DNA from: the human T2T-CHM13v2.0 reference genome, Homo sapiens
Assembly: GCF_009914755.1 (NCBI RefSeq)
Contig: NC_060926.1
Direction: 5' to 3' (one strand)
DNA length: 64,000 nt
Shown here: piece by piece, positions 1 to 14,759 of the stretch
How positions within the stretch are numbered: the stretch's first letter is position 1
Layout of the letters: each line of letters starts with the position of its first letter
The notes under the pieces: generated by a model
Databases searched by the model: none
The model's input: the letters and a program-made list of their open reading frames with translations, nothing else
Told to the model about the DNA's origin: nothing
Made by a program: the position numbers and the translations under genes

Positions 1-761
1 GCCATCTTTATGTTGGTATTTTGGTTATGGTACTGTCATCTTCGGTGGTATGTAGAGAATCTGAAGATTAAATTTGTATTTTTAATTTCTATATTGCAAA
101 AATGTTCCTATTTGAAAAGATAATTTTATAGCTACGAAGAATGAGTTAACCCTTGTTTGCCAAGTTTGTTACTTATTAATTATATGATGTACACACACAC
201 GCAGTACACTCTTATTTTCATTTGATGCATGTGGGAACTGAGGTTCACATAGTTGAAGCAATCTTATTTCCACATCTCATGGGGTTGAGAGTGGGGATAT
301 TCTAGGCAGAAAGAGGTGCAAGAAAGCAGGAGTAAGCAAAAGGAGCAAGCCACCCACTCTGGAGCATCAAGTACGTGTAGAGAAGTAGCTGCTATGACCT
401 ACTTTCACTGTTTTCAGGATACATATAGAGTAAGTCAGTGTTGATGTTCTGAATGGTCAAATGAGGATTTAAACCCAAGTTCTTCTATTCCAAAAGAACC
501 TTTCCTCTACATTATTCACAATAGAAAATGTTTTCCATTTCAGTTGCTTCTGTATTAAGCACAGCTTTTCTACAAAGAATACCTCCTGCTTTCATGACCT
601 AGGTTTGGATAATTCCTGATATGTAAGAATACATGGAACTCTCCTGAAAACATGCGTTCTAACAATGATTCCCTTGTTCACAGAATGCTTTTATTTGGTT
701 TAGGCACAGAAATTATAAAGTCATTTAAAGCCATATTTTCTAAGGTATTTAACATCCAAAT

Positions 762-953
762 CAGGTCAATGAACTGTGGCTTGTGGGCCTCTTTTTGTGA
801 ATAAAGTTTTATTGGAATACAGCCACACCCATTTGTTGATGTGTTATCTATAATCATCTAGTACAGTTGTGAGAGTTGAGTTGCCACACTATGTGGCTCC
901 TGAGCCTAAAATATTTACTGTTCGGCTTTTTACAGAAAAAGTTTGCTGAACCC
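762..953 (+). mobile_element. MER58-like hAT-Charlie DNA transposon
   Basis: AATAAAGTTTTATTGGAA.ACAGCCACACCCATT...AAAATATTTACT...ACAGAAAAAGTTTGCTGA.CCCT. Confidence 0.7.
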
Positions 954-2009
954 TAATCTAAATAATAAAACCTCAAATCTTAGGAAAAGCTTAAAGAACA
1001 GTCTCAAAAAACAGAAAAGCAAAGTGCATGCCTTTGTTTCTAATAGGCCTGACACTTTCAGTAACCCTTGATTATTGTACATGCTTTTTGATTCAACCTT
1101 TGAAATGTTAAGCCACCTATAATAGGCCTAAATTGTGAGGGGCATCTTGTTCAGAGAAGAAGACTCAGGAGCAGAAGTCTGAGAACCTGGGTTATATTCT
1201 GACTTTGTGCTGACAATCCACCTATAGCTATGGGTAATTCACCTAACCACTCTGGGCCTTTGTTTCATCATTGGTAAAACACCAATTCACACAAAAAACT
1301 TCTGAGGTATAAATTCAGTGTTTTTTATCTGTTTCATACTTCAATAAATTATGCAAACGAATAATTGGTTTTATGAGATGATGTCTGTTTTGTAGGACTA
1401 CACTGCTAACTTTTTAATAACTTTGCTTGTCTTGTGGGTTATTTTATTTATTTGTTTGCTTTTGAGTTTTTGTTGTTGTTGTTGTTGGTTAGTTAGTTTG
1501 GTTAATTGGTTTGTTCTGTTTTTAACCTGACTTATATGGACACCGTGGACAAGGAACTTCACTGTCTGTCACTAACTTACCTTATTACTGATTACATTTG
1601 CTTTCAGCTTTTCATAACTGCATGATAAAACCTCAGACCTTAGGAGAAGAGCATAAAAAACAACCTCAAACAACAAAAAAGCAAAATTACTTGGGGAAAT
1701 TAAGTAACTTGACCGTGGCTAACCAGCTAGTAAATAAGAGAGTATAGACCTGACACCACATGTGTCTACACCACTACACTGCACTATGTCAAATCAACAA
1801 TATACTTATCATTTCCTGAGTAATGACAAAGGACATTATGCAGTAGACCAGATGTTCTTCTGTTCTAAATTGCCTAGCCACTTTTGTTCCTTCTGTCTGC
1901 TTTCTGATGCTAATATTATTTGAACATAGATTTTTCTCAGTAATGATTTCTAGTTGGCTTTTCCTTTCCTTTTGTCATTACTCAGGGAATGATAAAGATA
2001 TTATTGATT

Positions 2010-2250
2010 TGAAACAGTACAGTGTAGTGTTATAGACACACCTGGGTTCAGGTCCTACTCTCTTATTTACTAGCTGGTTGGCCATGGTCAAGTTACCTAA
2101 TTTCCCTAAGCATCAGTTTCCCTATCTGTACAAATTATTGAGTAATAATAGTATCTCTTATAGGATTGGTATAAAGACTTAAAAAGTTAATGTCATGTAA
2201 AATGCTTTAGCATAATACCTGACTCAGAGTAAAGGCTTAATAAACCCTAG
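2010..2250 (+). mobile_element. MIR SINE
   Basis: CCTGGGTTCA...ACTAGCTG...CAAGTTACCTAA...CAGTTTCCCTATCTGT core. Confidence 0.65.
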
Positions 2251-3954
2251 CTGATCTTACTGTCAGAATCAGTAATATTACTATTTGTAATATAATTACC
2301 AGACTTAACAAATGGGAGAAGTATTAACCATCTGCAGGAATAAGTACCAGAGCCTGCATCAAAATAGTTTATATTCAACATGAAGTCTTTAAATTGGCAA
2401 AAGCACTCAGTTTAATATATACCTGTTAAGAAAATTTTAAGAGACAGTCATGGTTTTTAGCTGGATACTCTGGGAAACCAAATAAAGCAGATAATTGTAC
2501 AGTATGATAATCAAAAAAAGGATGTCTTTATAAATAGCTTGAAATAGTTCCCCAGATGCAACTTGAATAAAGGAAATAAATAGCCGACTTGCTCTAACTT
2601 GAGGTTAGAGCAGAATTCCTTAGTCTGATTCACTGGATGCTGGAAACCCCTGCCCCACATTTTCCCACTCCCTCTTGGTTAGAAAAATTTACATTGGTTT
2701 AGCATTATACTCTTGAGGCTATTTTCTTTCAAAAAAAAAAAACTTTAAAAAAATTTAGATATTAAGTGTGTAATCTTTGGGCAGTTTCCAGGCTTTAAAA
2801 ATGGGTTCAAAATTTCTGATGGGATTATTTAGCAGAAGTTCTTAGAAGTTTGTCCTTATGACTGAAAACAGATATTTTTGGTTCCTGTATTTGGGTGGCA
2901 AACAAAGTAACAGTACAGCTTTAATGTATTTGTAACATTGGCCACAGTGAGTCTTTGATAACTGAAGGATAGTGTTTTCCATTGTTCTCTGTTATCCTCA
3001 AAGTAAAATAAGGGGAAAGTGTTCAGATTCATCCTTACATGTGTTCTAGGTACTGTATTGCTCATGATTAAAATTAATTTAAATTAATTGGCTAATTGTT
3101 CAGAATTAATCCCTTTCTATGAGAACAACTAAAAAGGGAACAACTACAAAAGAGTACAACTATTGAGCCTACTATGGTTGGAAAATACTTGAAAGTATCA
3201 TTTAAAGATGGTTACTTTAATTAGATCTCCGTACTAAACGTGGGAGGATAGCTTTATATTTTACTTTTTGAAGAGCATTAAGTTCTGGTCTGTCCATTTC
3301 CTGAAATTCTGAGCTATGTTATTCATCTCTGTTGTTGGCTCTATAATGTATGTATCTGTTTGCTGCTATTCATAATAACAAAGGTCTTAGCGAAGACCTA
3401 GCAATCTTAGGGTAATAGGAAGACAGAGGAATTTCATATTGGAATTTTTAACTTGCAGATCACAACTTGTTAGTGTTTTATGAAATCAGTGTAGTGGGTC
3501 AAAACCACTATAGTTTTTCTAAAAAAAAAAAAGAATGAAATAAAATAGAAAATGTCAGAGAGTATTCTATATAATAATACAAATATTGTTTGGTAAGATT
3601 TTAAGTTGTATCTATATATTTTATACACACAATGGGTGTTGGGTTGTGATATAAATTATAATCTTTTTGTGGATTGTGGTTAACTAAAGGGTTTAAAATT
3701 TATCATTTTAGTTGGTTTCTTTGTTCTCTGGTGACTGGTTCAGGTATTTAATCTTCGTTTCCGTATCTGAGTAAATGGTGCTGATAAACATGCATACTCT
3801 CTTGGAATGTGGTAATAACTAAGTGCCCGAGTGAATGACCACTCTCAAAAATTGGTACATTATCTTATGATTCTAGTGATATCAGATTTTCTCATGTTTT
3901 GTTTTGTGTTGTTTGTTTTTGGGTTTGTGTATATTTCCAATCTTTTTATTTTAG

Positions 3955-4016
3955 AAGATATTGATGCTGATGGACAGGGATTTTGTCAAGGAGGATTCAG
4001 CATTGATTTTACTAAA
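3955..4016 (+). CDS. ITGAV: ITGAV exon 5 (62 nt): (Q)[20 protein letters not shown]
   Basis: tttattttAG|AAGATATTGATG...ACTAAA|GTAAGT; translation matches alpha-V. Confidence 0.97.
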
Positions 4017-4908
4017 GTAAGTTCTTATTTAAGACTGAATGAGATTCACATCTACCTTATTGACTAGACTGTGGTTAAAAATAAACTGGTCAATACCTCA
4101 ACTCCTTTACAGCTGTTAGCTCTTTAATGAAAACAGTTAATAAAACGATCCATTCATTTTGACATTCTTTGTCTTATATTATTCCCTCCCTAGTAAACAT
4201 TGCTTATTTGAAATAGGGAGACATCCCCCATCACTCTGGGAATGGAGGAAAGTAGACACTCTCCTCAGTAAATGATAGGTAACTATTATGACTTAATATT
4301 AAAATTTCCAGTTATATGAATTTATAGCATATTAAAGTTTTCTATTTTTAATTAAAGTTGTTTTTCTTACAAAAGCTATCAATGAGAGCTTTATTACAAA
4401 ATTAGAGTTACATAAAAGCTGGGAAACATGTATGTTTGCCATCTATTATGTGCCTATAGGCACTAAGTGAAGCTGACTTCACTTATGTAATGTGTAATAA
4501 TTGTAAGAAATCTCATAGGCAGGGCTCTATGTATTTTTAACTAAATTAATATTCTCTTCAGAATTGATATTTTTAATCTATTTTTTGAAAATAAGACTTC
4601 CATTTAAATGTTCAAAGGTAAATTTTCTGAAGTACTTTTCTTTATTTACTTTTCTTTTGTGTGTTTATTTATTTTGGTGGTGGGGGAGTATGCACATTTT
4701 GAATATCAAATTGAGAATATTCTTTCTAGAGAAGTCTAAAAACTATGTTGATGGATTATATGTAGACCTTCCTTAGAAAGCTTATATGTACGCTTTCTTA
4801 GAAATGTGAGCAAAGAGGAGTGCCTTAAATGTATGAAAACAACTGAAATTGAAATAATATGATGCATAAGAACTAATAAAGCATTTTCTTATTTTTTAAA
4901 AATTTGTA

Positions 4909-5193
<285 letters not shown>

Positions 5194-6140
5194 TTAAAAA
5201 TTTTATTTTATCTGTATTTGTATTTTATTAATTTTTTTTCTAGACTAGGTACTGATAATTATAGTTAACTCTTCTTACTAGGTAACTTGTTTTTAATACT
5301 CTAAATTTCATACTATATTACTCAAAATTCAGAATGTAAGCCAAAGAGAGATAAAGTATATTAATAAATGTTAGGTTTAAACTTGTATGATACATTTCCA
5401 AATAGGTATTATATATTTTTAAAATATATAATGTCCATCTTTTCTGTATTGATGCCTATACAACCATAACCCCAGAAGTACTCTCATACTGTGAAAGTCA
5501 TTGCTAAATTAGGTATTCACTTTCTTAAACACATTTCTGAGAAAAGGGTGTCTTTTTAGGGCAGATGACTTAGAAGTGTCTTTTACGTAGCCAAGGCAAA
5601 AGATTGTCTATTGAAAGCTTGGAAGGGCTATATGTACATTTGGAGGGGAAAAAAAATTTATCTTACCTCCAGCAAGAAGAGATTTCTAAAATATTGTGCT
5701 GAAACACAATATACCTAGGATTAGACACTTTTAGATAGTTAAATATAAGAAATGCTAGGCAAGCATAATTTGTATATGTATAATACACCCTGAAAATTTT
5801 ATTCTCAACTTCACTTCTGTTTAGATCTGAGACACTAAAAATATTTCCTTTAGCAGAAAATTCTTCAATGATTATAGAAAGAAAATTTGCTGTATAGTCA
5901 CAAATTTAATATACAAAATTAAGAAGTGCCTTAAAAAAATTGTAACCTGATAATACTTCGCATTAGTCCTCATTTCAAATATGTGAAGCAGCCAAGATCC
6001 ACAAAAGTGTGTATTTTCATGTATTGAATGAATATATTAAAATGTTTCTTTTAAATTTTATTTTAGAAAAGATACAGTGAAAACCACTGAAACTGAGTTA
6101 GATGAATTTGAGATTTGACTTTGTTTGCTTTAATATATAC

Positions 6141-6202
6141 TAGATAGATAGATAGATAGATACATAGACAGATAGATACATAGACAGACAGACAGATAGA
6201 TA
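6141..6202 (+). repeat. (TAGA/CAGA)n compound tetranucleotide microsatellite, followed by an Alu monomer fragment to ~6314
   Basis: Direct reading. Confidence 0.9.
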
Positions 6203-6487
6203 TAAATCTCAGCACTTTAAGAGGCTGAGCTGGGAAGATAGCTTAAAGCCAGGAGTTTGACCAGCTTACCAGCCTGGATAAGGGAAGACTTTGTCTCTAC
6301 AAAAAAAAAAAAAAGTCTTATTAAATTTTAAAAAATATAATTAACCTGGTAATGATATAAAGATACAATACTGTATTGTTCAGTCATGTATACATATACA
6401 TATATATCTTATGTTTTTCATTGATTTCTATTTTGAGAGATATTTGTTCTTTAAATATATATCTTTTTGTTGTGTGATTTCATCTAG

Positions 6488-6577
<90 letters not shown>

Positions 6578-7039
6578 TGATTCACCTGGCTAATTGTATG
6601 CCTATGACATTTTACAAATTATTTTAAAGAAAGAAATGGAAATACAATTAAAGTATATAAACACTCCATTTTACACAGTGTTTTTTAAAAGAATATATAT
6701 AATATATATTAAATATGTGTATATTCCTAGAAGAAAATAAACTGAATATTTAAAAAGTAAATACATACTTTTATGTTAAATATATTTTAAAAGTAATTAT
6801 ATAAAGTAATTTATTTTTATTGTGTGTGATATATACTTCTCCATGTCTGTACTCTAGGGGCCATGACATAGTCATTAGGCAGTGTGCGAAACCAATCTGT
6901 ATAGGCCAACTGTGGCATTCTAAAAGTTGAAGGTTTTGAAAGTATTTTGAAGTTGCTCATTAGGATATTTAAGTCATTATTTTATTATTACTGATATTGA
7001 GAATGATCTCTAAGTGTTTGGGGACTTCTTAAAAATTGA

Positions 7040-7210
7040 AGCTGGGCATGGTGGCGTGGGCCTGTAATCCCAGCTACTCGGGAGGTTGAGGCAGGAGAAT
7101 CACTTGAACCCAGGAGGAGGAAGTTGTAGTGAGCCAAGATCATACGACTGTACTCCAGTCTGGGTAGCAGAGTGACACTCTCTCTCAAAAAATATATATA
7201 AAATAAAATA
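7040..7210 (+). mobile_element. Alu right-arm fragment
   Basis: GCTGGGCATGGTGGCG...GAGGCAGGAGAATCACTTGAACCC...A-rich tail. Confidence 0.85.
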
Positions 7211-9207
7211 AAATTGGAGGATCTTAATAGGTTTTTAAAAAATATTAAACTGGCATTGATATAAAGATGCATTATTATATTATTCAGTCATTCTGGGAGG
7301 CCTAATTAAATTACCATTTGAACATATGTACAATAGATTATTGTTGACAGTGTGAATATAGATAACTAAAACTTTATTTGCTTTATGTTTCTTTATGTAT
7401 CATTAGAGATACACAATTATTTATCTCATCAATATATTGACATGTTTAGTTTCTGCTAAAAAGTGCCATTTATGAGGTGAACTATTTTGTATTAGCATTC
7501 TGATATTCAAGCATTGTCAGTGTTTGGAAGAATTAGAAAACCTTTGACTGGATTGATTTGAAAGTTTCAAATTTTACTCTATTTTCTACACTATGCTTTC
7601 CTGACTTGCTTCTTTGTAGAAAAACATGCTTGCTTTTGCCTTGTGGAGAGGGAAGCTAAAGAAAGAGATTTGCTGGAGGATGACAGGATGGAAGGAGAAT
7701 AAGAAGAAAAGAAAACTAGGAATAAGTGAAATATTGAAAGGGAAGGCAAAGGAGGGAATAAAAAAATAGAAAATTCAGGCATCACAGACAGGGATCAGAA
7801 TGTGAGACATAGCAAAGCTGAAAAATTGGAATTTCTATGCATTATACATCTATTGGGAAATAAAATGATTTAGAAAAATTATAATTGAGTTTTACTGTTT
7901 TAAAACAAAAATAGCAGTTCTAAAGTACATATGAGAAAATAGGGGATATTAACACTTTATAGTTAGATATAGAAATATGGATTTATTTTTCTTCTTTATT
8001 GCTGATTATGTCATTCAGTGGAGGGGAAGGAAGTATCTGATGAGCATGCCTGGGAACCAAAACTGTCAAGGAAGCTAAATTTTGTGATTCTCAGTTAGGA
8101 CTACTTGTTAACTCTGTCTTTTTAAGAGATACAGCTGTGAAAATGTATGACCTTTTTTTTTAATGCCATGGGTATTGCATAAATAGGAATAATAATAAAT
8201 AGGAATGTGTAATAATTAGGACACAGTAATAAATTAGGACAGAGAGGTACTATTAATATTATATTTATTAGAATTTTATTACAAGTTGTCTGTAATATAT
8301 AGCTAGCAGACTCAGTGAATTGGCAAATAGTATTTTGTTTTAATAAGATTAAAATCAGCAGATGTCACCCTGGATAAGTACGTTAGAATGAATTTTTTCA
8401 CAGATCTCAGAATTGTCGTTGTTAGAATGGAGAAAAGAATAATGTTTTATTCAGAAGAAATAATGAATTTTCCTCTGTTCTTCAATTCAGGAAATGTTTA
8501 TTGAATTTCATATGTTCTTGGTACCGCTGAAGCCCAGATGATAAAGTAGTGACCTGGACAGAGAAAGTGCTTCTGTGCTGTAGATCCAGTCTCTGTGACT
8601 GAACAGATGGGAACAGGACTGAAAATGTTAGCTGTTACACATTTCTTTCTAAAACAGCAGAAATGATAAGAGATTACTGTGTCCATATTGTGGAGACAAC
8701 ACTTGATAAACCAGCTATCCTTTCTTGGCATGGAGGGCAGGCTGATTTTTGTGTAGTCATCTAGATTTCTTGTCTGCTTAATAACAAGGTTGTGAACAAA
8801 GGTGAACTCATCCATTCAGGTTGTTTCCTAAAGATGTTTAAATTACTAGTTAAAAAATATCAATTGAACCAATTATTCTGATTATAAAAGTAACAGTATT
8901 GTTTCAGTAAATTTTTCATGTTTTAATGGATTAGTTGGGTGATAGCCTTTGATTTTATTATTCCGTGTATTTAACATTGCTTTCTAGTGATTTAAGACAA
9001 GTCCTGTTTTCTTAAATTTTTATTAGCAGAGACTACTTTTAAGTACTGGCTTAAACAGAAATAATTTTAAGTTAAGAATATCCATTTTCAAATTGAGTAT
9101 GATCAAGGAGAGTTGTGTACGGCTAATAATTAGAAGTACTAATATCTAATATTGTTTTCCTTCATGCAGGTACCATACATTATCTGTATCATAAAGTTTC
9201 CATTTGA

Positions 9208-9372
<165 letters not shown>

Positions 9373-9589
9373 TAAAACCAAAATTTACTCATTTTTGGAA
9401 CTGTGGTACATATATCTTATATCTGAGTATGGTCTTTTAAGTAGAAAAATATTTTATGTGAAATAGATTAGGATTTTTTGAAACATACAGAATATACAAT
9501 TTCAAATTGTTAATGAGTACTTTGGTTATGTTACGTTTCAGTAATTGAAATTGAAGACAGTGATTATTTGTGCAGTGATAATAATAATA

Positions 9590-9800
9590 GCTAGCCTTTA
9601 AGATATGCTTACTGTGTTCTGGGCATTGTTCAAGGTGACTTGGTTTGTATTCACTCATTTAATCCTCACAAGTCAAGCATACTGTATTATTCTCATTTTG
9701 TAGGTGAAAACACTGAGGCACTGAGACGCAAAATAACTTGCCCAAAGTCACTCGCTTGTAACTTGCTGTTCAGAGATTCAAATGGAGACAGTCTAACTCC
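9590..9800 (-). mobile_element. MIR SINE
   Basis: TCATTTAATCCTCACAA...CATTTTGTAGGTGAAAACACTGAGGC...ACTTGCCCAAAGTCAC. Confidence 0.65.
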
Positions 9801-10224
9801 TGAAGTTTTCTTCATGATGTTAAATAAAAGTTTTGGTCTTTAGGACTTATTAACATGTGTTCTCTCTTTCAATTTCTTTCTGATATATTAAAACAAGTCA
9901 TATATGACAGAAATAGTACTTGCTGATTGAGAGAATTTATTTGTTCTTTATGATGAGTTGTAAATTTGGTGTTTTTAACAGACTCCTTTGTAAAGTTAAT
10001 AAGACAATTGTAGTTTTGTAATAAAAATAGACTATTTGAGTATTTAACTCAGTTTCATTTAAAATTCATATGTCATATATATATGAATCTGTTATGACTA
10101 GGGGACAAAATATTACATAAGTAAAGGAGTTTCTTGAAAATATTTTCAAGGAATGCTTACTCAGCAAGCCTGCTGAAGATAACGTCCTTGTCCTGATGGT
10201 TCTCCCCTTTGGTTTCCTGTTTAG

Positions 10225-10269
10225 GTTATTCTGTGGCTGTCGGAGATTTCAATGGTGATGGCATAGATG
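10225..10269 (+). CDS. ITGAV: ITGAV exon 8 (45 nt): YSVAVGDFNGDGID (Ca2+ loop)
   Basis: cctgtttAG|GTTATT...ATAGATG|GTATGA. Confidence 0.97.
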
Positions 10270-10359
10270 GTATGAAGTACTTGAACTATATCTAATCTTT
10301 AAAAAAATTAGATTAAGTATTTGAAACATGTGGCATTGAAAATTTTAAGCAGTTTGAGT

Positions 10360-10675
10360 GGCTGGGTGCTGTGGCTGCAGCCTGTAATCTCAGCACTTTG
10401 GGAGGCTGAGGCGGGTGGATCCCTTGAGCCCTGGAGTTCAAGAACAGTCTGGACAACATGGCAAAACCCTGCCTCTAGAAAAAACACAAAAATTAGCCGG
10501 GCGCGGTGATGCACACCAGTGTCTAGCTTCTCAGGAGGCTGAGGTGGGAGGATCTCCAGAGCCCAGGGAGGTTGAGGCTGCTGTGAGTTGTGATTGCGCC
10601 ACTGCACTCCCGCCCGGGCGACAGAGCCGAGACCCTGTCTCAAAAAAAAAAAAAAAAAGGAAAAGAAAATAAAAT
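10360..10675 (+). mobile_element. Alu (AluJ-like), full length
   Basis: Dimeric Alu with A tail; AAAATTTTAAGCA on both flanks. Confidence 0.92.
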
Positions 10676-11435
10676 TTTAAGCAATTTTAAACCATTGTTA
10701 TGGAATATAACAGAAGAAATGAGGAAGATGTTAGCACACTGGTGAGAGTCCAGGCTAGGTCTGTGCTGAACTTCCTCTAGTGGCTGCTGAAATTGAGACA
10801 GCTACACTTGGCTTCAGTGCCTTTCCTTTCTGCTTCTTTTTAGCCCCCAACACTGTTAGTGATTTCCTTAGCATTTTCCTCCTTGTCTTCAGCAAATTCA
10901 TTCCTCTGGGAGGAAGAATTAGTGTCTTCTTTCTTTAGGCATCCTTTGTTACCTTCTGGGCCATCTCTGTACGGTTATTACCCCATCCTCTCATTGTCCA
11001 TCCATCTTCCTTCAGAGCTCCGTTTAGGAATCACAGTCTTTACCTGATTTTGATCACATTTTTGTGCCACAGCCACTTCTACCCCACTTCAGTTTGCTCT
11101 GTATTATTTTTCATTACTGTACTACTAAACTAAATGTAGTTTTTCTTCATTCTTAGGTTACTTTATCTTGTCTATTCTTGTTTAACAATATTACAAATGA
11201 CTTGAGGGCTTATTTGCATATGTTTGAGAGCCCTCCAGAATTTGTATTTTGTAAATTTTGATTTTATAGTTTAAAAATGCTGGGCTATTTATTACGGAGT
11301 ACCAATTTTTCTAAATTGATTGTTTGTTTTGAACTGAAGTAGTAAAACTTAAAGCTTGCTGACATAGTCACTTCTGGTCTGCAACTTCCAGTGTTGTCCT
11401 AAAAAATGAATAATTTGTTTGTTTGTTTGTTTCAG

Positions 11436-11479
11436 ACTTTGTTTCAGGAGTTCCAAGAGCAGCAAGGACTTTGGGAATG
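11436..11479 (+). CDS. ITGAV: ITGAV exon 9 (44 nt): DFVSGVPRAARTLGM
   Basis: gtttcAG|ACTTTG...GGAATG|GTAGGA. Confidence 0.96.
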
Positions 11480-11567
11480 GTAGGACAGTTAAAAGGTATT
11501 TTTTAAAAAATCTCTAAGTTATCTTCTATTTTACCAGATTTCACATACTTCTATTTTTCCTTCACAG

Positions 11568-11624
11568 GTTTATATTTATGATGGGAAGAACATGTCCTCC
11601 TTATACAATTTTACTGGCGAGCAG
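11568..11624 (+). CDS. ITGAV: ITGAV exon 10 (57 nt): VYIYDGKNMSSLYNFTGEQ
   Basis: ttcacAG|GTTTAT...GAGCAG|GTATGC; preceding intron is only 88 nt. Confidence 0.97.
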
Positions 11625-11787
11625 GTATGCTTCCAAAATATGATCGTCCTCTCCCACCATAAAAGCAGTATGTACTCATTGGAGAAAATTTGCGAAATAA
11701 AACTGTAAAAATGAACTATAATCTCATCAAATAGATAATTCTTCCAACTCTTACCATTTTGGTCAAACTATTATCATTTCTCTTTTG

Positions 11788-11790
<3 letters not shown>

Positions 11791-11828
<38 letters not shown>
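11791..11828 (+). repeat. (GT)19 microsatellite
   Basis: Direct reading. Confidence 0.95.
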
Positions 11829-11830
<2 letters not shown>

Positions 11831-14071
11831 TATATAAACAAAAATTGGTTTACTCTGTATTTTTCATTTTGTCTTGCCTTTTTCACTCAATATTTTATCA
11901 TCAGAGTTTCTAATTTCTTAAAACTTTCCTTGGCAGTATCAGAATGGTTTAATGATTCCATAATATTCAATATTCTAGATATAAGATGGGCTTTAAATAT
12001 TTCATCTTTGTTTTAACCAAAGTAATTTGGATATTTTGGCTTGTTTTTGTTTCCTTTTTTTTTTTTTTTTAGGAAATGCAAAATCACATGCATACAAAAC
12101 CACAAAGACTTCCTTTTTCTTTACTGAAAAGAAAAAAGAGAAAAGAATTCTTTAAATTCTTTTTTAAGGATGATCAATGCCTTATAATTTTATTAGATGC
12201 AACAGAAAGCATGGCACAGATATGTGTATTATAGATATTATAAGCGAACTTCATTTTTACTACATGAAATAAGATATTTCTCAGCTAAAAAAATGCTAGT
12301 ACTTTTTAAGTATTAGACATTTCTCTGCGAGTACAGGCATTTTATAATATTCTCTGTTGTATGTCTCAAAGAATTATACCATAAGTTGGTAATGATGAAT
12401 AAACATTTAAACAGTAGGTAGAGAAAAATCTTTCTCAAAGTTTGCAGATCTGGGATTCAAGCCTTTTTGTTCAGTTGAGATTGTTGGGCTTTGGGATAGG
12501 ATTGACAGGCTGACTGACTAGACTCATGGTCCCCAGAAACCTCCTCCCATTTGTATGGCAGTCAAGATTGATGCACAACCTGGAGGGCCCTGCAGTTGAC
12601 AGGCAGTTAGGGTTGCTGCAGGGGTGGTCCCTTTGTTCCGTTTTGACTTCTCCAGCTCAAGCAGCTTCTCCTGTCTGGTGACCATGTATGAGTCTGGATC
12701 CTACTGCATGCACTCAATGATACTTGCTTTATTCCTCCTTCCACTATTGGGAAGTGGGGGTGGCTAGAGAGGAGTGGGAAGCGTGGCTTTTAGATGAGGA
12801 CAAACCTGGGTTTTCCATGCTCAATCTGTTATTGCATTGGATAAGGTATTTGCTGCTGAAAATCTGTTTCTTATTTATAAAAATAGGGATGCTGACAACT
12901 TCCTCATGGGACAGTTGTGAGAATCAAAAGAAAACATTCGAATCATAGTGCCCGGGACAAAGTGTGTCTCAGTAAATGCCATCCTTTCTTTACACTTCCA
13001 AGCCAAACACCATAGGTGACTAAGGCCCATGAATATTATTCTGTTACATAGTCGGCACATCAACCTTGTACCCCAAACACAGTATATTTTATTTCACAAG
13101 CTCTGAACTTGTTATTTAATACAGAACACACCTTTCATTTTCCCAATTACACTGTATCAACCCAAAATAGATAATGCAGGAATCTCCCTTATCATTCTCC
13201 CTTGATATCTGAGCCAATCAAATTTGAGAAGCATTGCTAACTTTCCTTTTTTGGTTTGTTGACTCATTTTTCACCTTACTTTATATTTAATCTGTCATCT
13301 CTTTTAGTTTTGTTTTGCACTTTCAGCTCTCTTTAGAGCTTTCCTTTTTCACATTTATTTACAGCTAAGCTGCTCATCCTATGCAAGCCTGTGGTCTCCT
13401 GTGGTAGGGAAGAGGACATTTCTGCTCCCTGTGCATTATAAGCTCATAATAAACCCAAACACATTTGTACTGTGTGTGATTCAAAAGCAAAATCATGTGG
13501 CAAGTAATCTATAGAGATATGACACAAAAATGAGCTCCTTTCCATATCTTTCCAAACAGTAATTTTTAAACAGTAGTAGTAGTTACACATAGGGGAGCCA
13601 ATTATTATCTGTTATTAATAATTATTATCTATTATCCTCATGACATAGGCATCCATATAAAACTTGTTGGGTTCAATCACAACATTTGTCTGTGACTATA
13701 TATCTTTGTTAGTGTGCTTGTGTCTGGTATGTTTTGGGAAGTGGAGAGAAAGGGAGATAGTAGGGTAGGCCTGAGAAGGAGAATTGATAGTCCTTAGACT
13801 TAAATGTCATATATCAACAACACTGGAAGGATATACATGTAATATATTGTGTATATACATGTAATATATTGTGTCCATGATCTAGGAAAACAACAAGCCT
13901 CATTACCTGATTGTCGTTGTGTTGGTAGAATAAACAAAAGACAAGACATTTAGATTGAAGCACTATATGCAGAGAAAAAAAATAACCCTATTTGGTACAT
14001 ATATTACAAATGTTAATTGTCTAAACTAATTGGATGAAATATAAACATTTCATTTTCATCTTTTTATCCAG

Positions 14072-14124
14072 ATGGCTGCATATTTCGGATTTTCTGTAGC
14101 TGCCACTGACATTAATGGAGATGA
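14072..14124 (+). CDS. ITGAV: ITGAV exon 11 (53 nt): MAAYFGFSVAATDINGD(D)
   Basis: tttatccAG|ATGGCT...GATGA|GTAAGT. Confidence 0.97.
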
Positions 14125-14495
14125 GTAAGTTTAAAAAAAAATGTTTCCAGAAAGTTATCTTCTCATGTTTACGAATACTTTACTCAAACTAAACATTTTT
14201 TTCTTCTGTTTTTGTATTCCTTTTCTGCTAATCTTTCTGTTTAAGGAAACAATTTGAAGCAACCTTAATCATGAATTCTAGAAAACCTCATATGTTTGTT
14301 CTGTTTTTTTTCAGTAGCTTTTATAACATGAACAAATAAAGTAATTTTATGAATTATTCATAGTTTCTTAAAAGAATTAAAGGAAGTTTCAAATTTGAAA
14401 TGAGTGCTCTGGTAATCATTTTGTGTTTCACTGTGGGTGTGAGAGATGCAGAAAGAGGAAAAGTGAGTTGTAGTAAGAAAGAAAATGCCTACTAA

Positions 14496-14759
<264 letters not shown>

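Noticed and set aside
3072-3089. Palindrome AATTAATTTAAATTAATT
   Set aside because: AT-only; expected by chance in this composition.
12588-12623. CCCTGCAG...CTGCAGGG short hairpin in a GC-richer patch
   Set aside because: Only ~8 bp of clean stem and no recognisable ncRNA boxes.
13831-13874. Perfect 22-nt tandem duplication (also 19-nt x2 at 56674-56711)
   Set aside because: Ordinary slippage duplications with no sign of function.
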